A DNA stretch of 32,000 bases from Candidatus Saccharimonadota bacterium (GTDB taxonomy: Bacteria; Patescibacteriota; Saccharimonadia; Saccharimonadales; Saccharimonadaceae): positions 30,001 to 62,000 of the forward strand of contig JBAQRV010000001.1 of assembly GCA_049296095.1 (NCBI GenBank). Reading direction: 5' to 3'. Shown here in pieces: positions 26,128 to 32,000 of the stretch. How positions within the stretch are numbered: the first letter of the stretch is position 1; the number at the start of each line of letters is the position of its first letter. The position numbers were made by a program, and so were the translations under genes. The notes under the pieces were generated by a model. That model had not been told where the DNA came from, did no database searches, and saw only the letters and a program-made list of their open reading frames with translations.

Positions 26128-26436
26128 TTACCAGCTACGCTGACGGAATGATCCGCCTGCGTTGTCGCCGCCACGTGGACGGTCCTCTTTAGGTCGGGCT
26201 AGGCTAACGTTAATTGGACGTCCGTCTAGTTCCTTCCCATTGAGCTGATCAACTGCTTTTTGGTTGTTAGCTTCGTCGACAAATTCAACGAAACCAAAAC
26301 CCTTTGAACGACCGGTTTCGCGGTCAGACACAACACGTGCGCTGGCGACTTCGCCGATAGTTTCAAAGAAAGCCTTCAAGCTGTCATCGTTAGTTGCGTA
26401 AGCAAGGCTACCGATAAATAGATTTTGTGATGCCAT
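26128..26436 (-). CDS. RRM-type RNA-binding protein with Gly/Arg-rich tail
   Basis: 102 aa. RNP-2 is LFIGSLAY and RNP-1 is KGFGFVEF. Confidence 0.9.
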   Translation of the reverse strand: MASQNLFIGSLAYATNDDSLKAFFETIGEVASARVVSDRETGRSKGFGFVEFVDEANNQKAVDQLNGKELDGRPINVSLARPKEDRPRGGDNAGGSFRQRSW

Positions 26437-26605
26437 TATATAGATTTTCTCTTCTTCTTTTCTTTACTTGTTGTCAGATCGACCATGACGACAGTATTAC
26501 AGTGTTGAAGAGAGAGATTATCGTGGTGAGATAAGCGCTCGCCGTCCACTTTGGTACGCGTTGTGCTTCTGAACACGCTTAGTTAAGCATATCCGTGCAT
26601 ATAAT

Positions 26606-26785
26606 ACTAGTAGCGACCCCCGCAAACTACTTGTGCTTAAAGCAACTATGGTGCATACTGTTGCTATGCTGATGCGCATGGGGCGACCCCTGCGTGGCAA
26701 AACAAACATTACCAAACATGTGTGCGGCCCCGGGTGGGCGCGCAGCAGCACAAGAGCTCGTCCTTGATAGTAGGGGCGAGTTTTT
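26606..26785 (+). ncRNA. candidate structured small RNA (unassigned family)
   Basis: TATAAT at 26600-26605. Long-range 8-bp pairing CTTGTGCT (26630-26637) with AGCACAAG (26747-26754). Hairpins at 26641-26665, 26674-26695 and 26724-26741. An A/C-rich single-stranded stretch. Terminator CTCGTCC-ttgatagta-GGGGCGAG-TTTTT (26757-26785). Confidence 0.35.
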
Positions 26786-26799
26786 GATGCTATTTAAGC

Positions 26800-26829
26800 T
26801 TGCAAAAGTATATAGTTTCCTGCATAACT
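26800..26829 (+). promoter_or_regulatory. candidate promoter TTGCAA-N17-CATAAC(T), second copy
   Basis: GCTTGCAAAAGT (26798-26809) and CATAACT (26823-26829) are identical, with the same 13-nt gap, to 3937-3948 and 3962-3968. Confidence 0.5.
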
Positions 26830-26887
26830 GGATTATCACTTATTCGGTAGTACCAACAAAGGCTCTATGCCAAGAAGGGTGAAGTAC

Positions 26888-27160
26888 ATGACAAGACAAT
26901 CAAGGTCGATTGGTCCAAACAAGGCACGCTCGACCTACGTCGATGGACCGGTAGTCAGTGAGCTGTTCGATGCACCAACAGCGCAGGCGGTCCGCCCGAG
27001 CTCGCATCCCCAGTCCTTCGATCAGCTCATCACACCCGACATGGAAGTTGGGGGTATGTGCTTTGAAGACAGCAGCTCGGTGCTCACACCGTGGCGATCA
27101 GCTGAAGCGCCGAGGTTCTCGTCGCCCCGACACGCTCGGGATCCCAAGCGTATCGGCTAG
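26888..27160 (+). CDS. GC-rich small ORF candidate (90 aa), possible paralogue of the 4036-4200 ORF
   Basis: AGAAGGG followed by GTGAAGTACATG mirrors GGAAGGG followed by ATGAAGTTAATG at 4020-4038. High third-position G+C. The product is Ser/Pro/Arg-rich (MTRQSRSIGPNKARSTYVDGP...). Coding status is uncertain. Confidence 0.3.
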   Translation: MTRQSRSIGPNKARSTYVDGPVVSELFDAPTAQAVRPSSHPQSFDQLITPDMEVGGMCFEDSSSVLTPWRSAEAPRFSSPRHARDPKRIG

Positions 27161-27237
27161 CCCTCACTTGTGGGCGGAGTAGTTCAAGCCTTTGGCTCAG
27201 AACGCTCCGCCCCAGGTAGAGGGCTTTTATTATTTTT
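27159..27237 (+). terminator. long compound hairpin plus T-rich tail
   Basis: The outer stem AGCCCTC (27159-27165) pairs with GAGGGCT (27219-27225). It encloses GGGCGGAG (27172-27179) paired with CTCCGCCC (27205-27212), and the inner stems GTTC/GAAC and AGCC/GGCT. TTTATTATTTTT follows. Confidence 0.55.
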
Positions 27238-27254
27238 GTGGCATAATAAAGCTA

Positions 27255-28538
27255 ATGTTCAAATTTATCATCCGCAGCAAATTAGAAGGCTATGTTAAAA
27301 AGTATTTTAAAAAGCACCCCGAGGTGAAACTTGTTATTGTCACGGGGAGTGTTGGTAAGACGAGTACGAAAATCGCTATCGGTACGGTACTGGCCGAGCG
27401 CTTTCGCGTGCGCCTCCATGAGGGTAATCACAACTCAGAGATCAGTGCACCACTGGCAATGCTAGGGATTGATTTTCCAGAAAGCCTTCGTAGTTTTGGC
27501 TCGTGGTTGACTGCCTTCAAAGCCGCTAAACAGCGCATCAAAGATCCTGCAGACGTCGATGTGATTATCCAAGAGGTTGGGACGGACGGTATTGGTCAGG
27601 TTCCGCACTTTGGTAAATACGCCCATCCTGATGTGGCGGTTGTGACCGCGGTGTCACCCGAGCATATGGAATTCTTTAAAACGCTCGATGCCGTAGCCGC
27701 CGAAGAACTATCGGCCGCTAACTTTAGCAAAACGGCTCTTATCAATCGTGATGATATTGACGGAAAATACGCGGCAGACTTAACAAATCCAAACATTTCC
27801 ACCTATGGAACGACCGACGCAGCTGAATACCATTTTATTGAAGAGGATTTCTCAATCGAAGATGGTTTTAAGGGAAAGCTCGTTGCGAAGGAATGGGAAG
27901 AGCCGCTCGAAGTGACCCTCAAAGTTATGGGGGAGCACAGTATTCGCTCGGCCGTAGCTGCAGCCGCTGTCGGTGTAAAGATTGGCTTAACTTACGATGA
28001 GGTAAAACGAGGTCTAGGCAAGATTCGAGCGGTCAAGGGGCGCATGAACATGCTGCGAGGCTTTGAGAAGAGTATTATTATAGACGACACTTATAACTCG
28101 AGTCCACTTGCGGCTGTATCGGCCCTGCAGACACTGTACAGTTTGGACGCACCGGCTCGCATTGCGGTGCTCGGGACGATGAATGAGCTTGGTGCAACCT
28201 CGGCAGCTGAACATGAAGTATTAGGGAAACTATGTGATCCGAATCTTTTGACACACGTCGTGACGGTTGGTGAGGAGGCTGAAAAGTATCTTGCCCCTGC
28301 CGCTCGGGCAAATGGCTGCCATGTCGTGAGCTTTCGCTCGGCACTCGAGGCTGGTGCTTTTGTGCATAAATCTCTCGAGCCAGGCGCGGCGATCTTGTTT
28401 AAAGGTTCTCAGGGTAACGTTTACCTAGAAGAAGCGGTCAAGATGGTGCTCCACTCAACCGATGATGAATCACAATTGGTTCGACAATCAGCGCATTGGA
28501 TGAAGATTAAGCAAAAATTCTTTGATTCCCTCCAGTAG
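27255..28538 (+). CDS. murF: UDP-MurNAc-tripeptide--D-Ala-D-Ala ligase MurF, short N-terminus
   Basis: 427 aa from ATG 27255; the track's TTG start at 27192 lies inside the terminator. P-loop TGSVGKTSTK, GNHNSEISAPLAMLGI, GEHSIRSAVAAAAVG, DDTYNSSP, GTMNELG and FKGSQGN all parallel E. coli MurF. Confidence 0.8.
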   Translation: MFKFIIRSKLEGYVKKYFKKHPEVKLVIVTGSVGKTSTKIAIGTVLAERFRVRLHEGNHNSEISAPLAMLGIDFPESLRSFGSWLTAFKAAKQRIKDPADVDVIIQEVGTDGIGQVPHFGKYAHPDVAVVTAVSPEHMEFFKTLDAVAAEELSAANFSKTALINRDDIDGKYAADLTNPNISTYGTTDAAEYHFIEEDFSIEDGFKGKLVAKEWEEPLEVTLKVMGEHSIRSAVAAAAVGVKIGLTYDEVKRGLGKIRAVKGRMNMLRGFEKSIIIDDTYNSSPLAAVSALQTLYSLDAPARIAVLGTMNELGATSAAEHEVLGKLCDPNLLTHVVTVGEEAEKYLAPAARANGCHVVSFRSALEAGAFVHKSLEPGAAILFKGSQGNVYLEEAVKMVLHSTDDESQLVRQSAHWMKIKQKFFDSLQ

Positions 28539-28565
28539 TCAGTCTCTGGTATACTAGTACCCGAT

Positions 28566-31496
28566 ATGCAGCGATATAATCCGGCCGAAATTGAGCCGAA
28601 GTGGCAAAAAGTTTGGGAAGACCAAAAAGCCAATGAGGTAACGAATGATACGTCTAAAGTGAAGACGTATGTTTCGGGTATGTTCCCGTATCCTAGTGGC
28701 GCTGGTATGCATACTGGGCACGCTTTCTCTTGGGCGATCGTTGATGCGATTGCTCGTTTCCATCGCCAACACGGCGAAGCAGTCCTCAACCCAATTGGCT
28801 GGGACACGTTTGGATTACCAGCTGAAAACTATGCCATTAAAACTGGGACAGCACCTGCCAAAGTAACCGCCGAGAATATCGCCAACTTCAAGAACCAATT
28901 CAAACGGATGGGTGTCAGTATTGATTGGTCCCGTGAGATTAATACCAGCGATCCTGAATACTATCGTTGGACGCAGTGGGTATTCACGAAATTATTTGAG
29001 CGTGGCCTCGCCTACCAAAAGGAAAGCTTGCAATGGTGGTGCCCGGTAGATAAAACTGTCCTGGCTAACGAGCAAGTCGAAGGCGGTCATTGTTGGCGCT
29101 GTGGCAGTTTGGTTGAAAAGAAATCGATGAAGCAGTGGTTTTTCAAAATCACTGAATATGCCGATGCTTTGTTGGATGAAATTGAAGACCTCGATTGGCC
29201 GCAGAAGATCAAGACGGCTCAGACGAATTGGATTGGAAAGTCTGTGGGTGCTGAGATTGAATTTGCACTCTCGGAAACGGCTTCGCTCCCGGAATCTGAC
29301 GATTCTGGGGCTGCAGATGCTTCCTCAACTGTAAATTCAATCCCAGCTATCACAGTCTTCACCACACGACCGGATACAATCTTCGGGGCTACTTTCTTAG
29401 TATTAGCTCCCGAGCATCCACTAGTTGAGTCTTTAGGTGTGGGGGATTTTAAGGAATTCACCGAAAAGTATGTCAAAGAGGCAATTAAGAAATCTGAGAT
29501 CGAACGTACTAATGATACCAAGGAAAAGACAGGTGTCTTTACGGGTAGCTATGCAATTAACCCAGCGACGGGCGAGAAGGTACCGATTTGGGTAGCTGAC
29601 TATGTGCTCGGGGGTTATGGTACTGGCGCGATTATGGCCGTTCCTGGACACGATGAGCGGGACTTCGCCTTCGCCGAGAAGTATAGCTTGCCGATTGTGA
29701 CTGTTGTTGAACCAGTCTTTGGTGAGCCGCAAGGTGATGAAACGCATAAGGTTGGCGTCAATGTGATTGTGCGTGATCCTCGGACTGACAAAGTGATTGT
29801 TCTGGACTGGGGTCCACGCAAGGAGCGTTTTGGTGGCCGTATGTTGATTGGCGGTGGCGTTGATGGCGATGAAGACGTCGTCGAATGTGCGATTCGTGAA
29901 ATTGCCGAGGAAACTGGGTATACGGACGTGCGCTTGGTTTCGCGATCTGATGTTATTGGCCATGGCTATTTCTATTCAAACGTCAAAGAGAAGAACTATT
30001 CGATCGATGCTCATGGATTGTATTTTGAACTTGTCAGTGATGCTAAAGATGCGACCAATATGGACGACGGTGAAGTTGGCAAGTTCGAGGTGACGTGGCA
30101 GCCAACTAACCAGGTTGCGGCTCAGCTCGATGATGGCATTCACCGTTACTTCTTTGAAACGCTTGTCGAGAAAAAGATTTATCACGGCGAAGGACTGCTT
30201 GTGAATAGTGGCGAGTTTGACGGCATGCCAACCAGCGATGCGCGTGAAGAAATTGTTGCTTGGCTTGAACAGCAGAAACTTGGCCGCAGCAAGACTACCT
30301 ACAAGATGCGCGATTGGCTGATTAGCCGTCAGCGCTATTGGGGTGCGCCGATTCCGATTATTCATTGTCCAGAGCACGGTGCGGTGGCGGTACCTGAAGA
30401 TCAGCTTCCTGTCATCCTGCCTGAAATTGAAGACTACGCACCAAAAGGTGATGGTCTGTCGGCACTGGCTCGGGCAACAGATTGGGTCAATACGACTTGT
30501 CCTGAATGTGGTGGTCCTGCAAAGCGCGAAACCGACACGATGGACGGCTATGCATGTAGTAGCTGGTATTTACTTCGGTATACCGACCCGCATAATGCAG
30601 CGCGGGCTTGGGACCCTGAAGTCGCTAACTACTGGAATCCTGTCGACTTTTACGTTGGTGGTGACCACGCGGTGGCTCATTTGCTCTACGTTCGTTTCTG
30701 GACGCACGTTTTCCACGAGATGGGACTGGTGAACTTTAAAGAACCAGTCAAAAAGTTAATTTATCACGGCTATATTAACGCCGAAGATGGCTCAAAGATG
30801 AGTAAGAGCAAGGGTAATGTGGTGGATCCACTTGATGTGATCGACCAGGGCTATGGCGCTGATGCACTGAGAACTTATTTGCTCTTCATGGGCCCGATTG
30901 AACTCGATGCTAGCTGGGATTCTCATGGTATCGCTGGTGTCTACCGATTCTTGAACCGTATCTGGACACTCGCTCAGCAGTATCAATCTGCCGAGAAGAA
31001 TATTACCAAGAATGATGCCGCGATCCGCGTTGCCCAACACAAAACGATCAAGAAGGTGACTGATGATTTCCGTCGGCTGAGTTTTAACACGGCAATTTCT
31101 GGCCTGATGGAATATGTGAACGATCTCTACAAGTTTAAGATCGATGGATTTTCCGAAGAAGTCTGGACTGAAGCATTAAAGACCCTCGTCCAGTTAGTGG
31201 CGCCGTTCGCACCACACATGGCTGATGAGTTGTGGAGTCAATTTGGTGAGCAAGGCCTCGTCCAAAATGCCGCTTGGCCACAGTGGGATGATGCCCTGAC
31301 AACCGAGGATATGATCACGATTGCTGTCCAGGTGAATGGTAAATTGAGAGGCGAGATTTCAATTGCCAAGGATCTCGACGCTGAAGCAGTGAAATCACTT
31401 GCCCTGGCACATGAGAATGTCGCTAAGTTTGTTGGTGAACAAAAACCGACCAAGGTGATTTATGTTCCTGGTCGGTTGGTGAGCGTTGTACTGTAG
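28566..31496 (+). CDS. leuS: leucyl-tRNA synthetase with an inserted Nudix domain
   Basis: 976 aa. HIGH-type PYPSGAGMHTGHAF, KMSKS, and CP1 editing motifs TTRPDT and GTGAIMAVPGHDERD. RDWLISRQRYWGAPIP is present. A Nudix box lies at 29853-29921. Confidence 0.95.
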   Translation: MQRYNPAEIEPKWQKVWEDQKANEVTNDTSKVKTYVSGMFPYPSGAGMHTGHAFSWAIVDAIARFHRQHGEAVLNPIGWDTFGLPAENYAIKTGTAPAKVTAENIANFKNQFKRMGVSIDWSREINTSDPEYYRWTQWVFTKLFERGLAYQKESLQWWCPVDKTVLANEQVEGGHCWRCGSLVEKKSMKQWFFKITEYADALLDEIEDLDWPQKIKTAQTNWIGKSVGAEIEFALSETASLPESDDSGAADASSTVNSIPAITVFTTRPDTIFGATFLVLAPEHPLVESLGVGDFKEFTEKYVKEAIKKSEIERTNDTKEKTGVFTGSYAINPATGEKVPIWVADYVLGGYGTGAIMAVPGHDERDFAFAEKYSLPIVTVVEPVFGEPQGDETHKVGVNVIVRDPRTDKVIVLDWGPRKERFGGRMLIGGGVDGDEDVVECAIREIAEETGYTDVRLVSRSDVIGHGYFYSNVKEKNYSIDAHGLYFELVSDAKDATNMDDGEVGKFEVTWQPTNQVAAQLDDGIHRYFFETLVEKKIYHGEGLLVNSGEFDGMPTSDAREEIVAWLEQQKLGRSKTTYKMRDWLISRQRYWGAPIPIIHCPEHGAVAVPEDQLPVILPEIEDYAPKGDGLSALARATDWVNTTCPECGGPAKRETDTMDGYACSSWYLLRYTDPHNAARAWDPEVANYWNPVDFYVGGDHAVAHLLYVRFWTHVFHEMGLVNFKEPVKKLIYHGYINAEDGSKMSKSKGNVVDPLDVIDQGYGADALRTYLLFMGPIELDASWDSHGIAGVYRFLNRIWTLAQQYQSAEKNITKNDAAIRVAQHKTIKKVTDDFRRLSFNTAISGLMEYVNDLYKFKIDGFSEEVWTEALKTLVQLVAPFAPHMADELWSQFGEQGLVQNAAWPQWDDALTTEDMITIAVQVNGKLRGEISIAKDLDAEAVKSLALAHENVAKFVGEQKPTKVIYVPGRLVSVVL

Positions 31497-31579
31497 GAGA
31501 CTATTTGTCACTGTCTGGTGAATTTTTTGCCTCTGGGGAATTAATCAAGACATCTTTAGTGGCTGGGACCGTAGTTCCG

Positions 31580-32000
31580 TCAGCTGGTAGTATTGGATAC
31601 TCTTTGCGCTGAGAGAGCGGCCTGAGACAACTCAGTTTCATGTGATTCAACAGAGGTAGTCGGTAACTGTACGTCTGGCTCGGCGTCAATAACGTAACTT
31701 GTCCCGATATTGATAAGTTCAACTTTAATACCCGTTCCAGCAGGAATAACTTCGGGTGACTCTGGATGCATTGCAGCGATTTTGTTGCTCACACCTTGGG
31801 CAAGTTCAGTGATCGCTGAAAAGTTAACATTACTTGGGTCAACTGCCGCGTCGAGGACAAGCTCATGAGCCGCTTTATCAATTGTGGATGTAATATCACT
31901 TTCTACTGAAACTACTTTCTCAGCAACAACTTTGTCAGCGGTCAGCATATCAACCGCCCCATCACGTATCTCTGGTGCGAGAGCCGCTCCGCCAGCGACA
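31580..32000 (-). CDS. hypothetical protein, N-terminus beyond window edge
   Basis: The frame of track ORF 31580-31948 stays open upstream to base 32000 (...VAGGAALAPEIRDGAVD-MLTADKVVAEK...). No motif recognised. Confidence 0.4.
   Translation of the reverse strand, partial: VAGGAALAPEIRDGAVDMLTADKVVAEKVVSVESDITSTIDKAAHELVLDAAVDPSNVNFSAITELAQGVSNKIAAMHPESPEVIPAGTGIKVELINIGTSYVIDAEPDVQLPTTSVESHETELSQAALSAQRVSNTTS

Noticed and set aside
26773-27135. Possible tmRNA: GGGGCGA at 26773 and the complementary TCGCCCC ending at 27129 are about 360 nt apart, a tmRNA-like length.
   Set aside because: There is no G3:U70 wobble, no T-arm (GGTTCGAAT-like) before the 3' strand, no ACCA tail, no TTCGAC-type 5' region and no Ala-rich tag reading frame. 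The GGGGCGAG is better explained as the 3' arm of the 26757-26785 terminator.
26600-27240. RNase P RNA, SRP RNA, 5S rRNA or a T-box leader for the murF-leuS pair.
   Set aside because: I could not find GAGGAAAGTCC or ACAGAAnCCGGCTTA (RNase P), GGAAGCAGCC around a GNRA loop (SRP), or AGGGTGGnACCGCG (T-box) on either strand. GGGTGGGCGCGC at 26732 is only a partial resemblance. This was checked by eye only, so a covariance-model scan is still needed.
29433-29963. Long antisense ORFs inside well-supported genes: 29433-29963 and 29976-30377 in leuS, 24545-25036 in ligA, 20036-20437 in lemA, 11330-11683 at the hsdR start, 28421-28807 across murF/leuS and 3383-3664 in the Ldh_2 gene.
   Set aside because: All lie opposite strongly motif-supported CDSs. 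They have no recognisable motifs or start signals and show low-complexity or odd composition.
31501-31722. 73-aa minus-strand ORF overlapping the 3' end of the 31580-32000 ORF in another frame, suggesting a possible frameshifted gene.
   Set aside because: There is no independent evidence for a frameshift such as a slippery run or a homologous continuation. The simpler reading is a single gene ending at 31580 with an 83-nt spacer to leuS.
1-32000. CRISPR arrays, IS elements, integrases and prophage structural genes.
   Set aside because: No repeat-spacer periodicity, no terminal inverted repeats around any ORF, and no transposase or recombinase motifs were seen in any listed ORF.

Overview
32-kb bacterial chromosomal window, mostly plus-strand genes, with no rRNA, CRISPR array, transposase or integrase that I can see. 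Hand-counted 60-nt lines give about 37-45% G+C on the left and about 50% on the right. The gene content (heliorhodopsin, RRM protein, reduced LigA and MurF) suggests a small-genome Patescibacteria/Saccharibacteria-like organism, but that is a low-confidence guess. The left half (1-16.7 kb) looks accessory or defence-like. It holds an HslV/proteasome-like ORF coupled to an unknown partner, an Ldh_2 oxidoreductase, a GNAT / C39-like peptidase / FHA-like trio, DUF1428 and a heliorhodopsin. It also holds a CsoR/CstR-like repressor with operator plus a rhodanese, and an EcoR124-like type I R-M operon (hsdM-hsdS-X-hsdR) in which X is a small HEPN-motif ORF. An Excalibur protein, a VbhA/Fic toxin-antitoxin pair and a topoisomerase IB complete that half. 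The right half is core: alpha/beta hydrolase, ABC-F ATPase, tRNA-Cys, tRNA-Leu, LemA, a Tim44/DUF3137-like protein, HtpX, a membrane protein, LigA, a PGPGW protein, an RRM protein, MurF and LeuRS. Main second-look items: (1) LeuRS carries a complete Nudix-box domain inserted after the editing domain. (2) The HEPN ORF sits in the PrrC position of the type I R-M operon. (3) The HslV-like two-gene module is an orphan. (4) Two GC-rich small-gene cassettes (3937-4290 and 26798-27237) share promoter, RBS/start and terminator architecture, and a candidate structured sRNA lies next to the second. (5) Extended -10 boxes sit 6-10 nt upstream of many start codons, implying leaderless mRNAs. (6) tRNA-Cys has non-canonical D and T loops. 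(7) LigA lacks all four zinc-finger cysteines. All homology calls are by-eye motif recognition; no searches were run.
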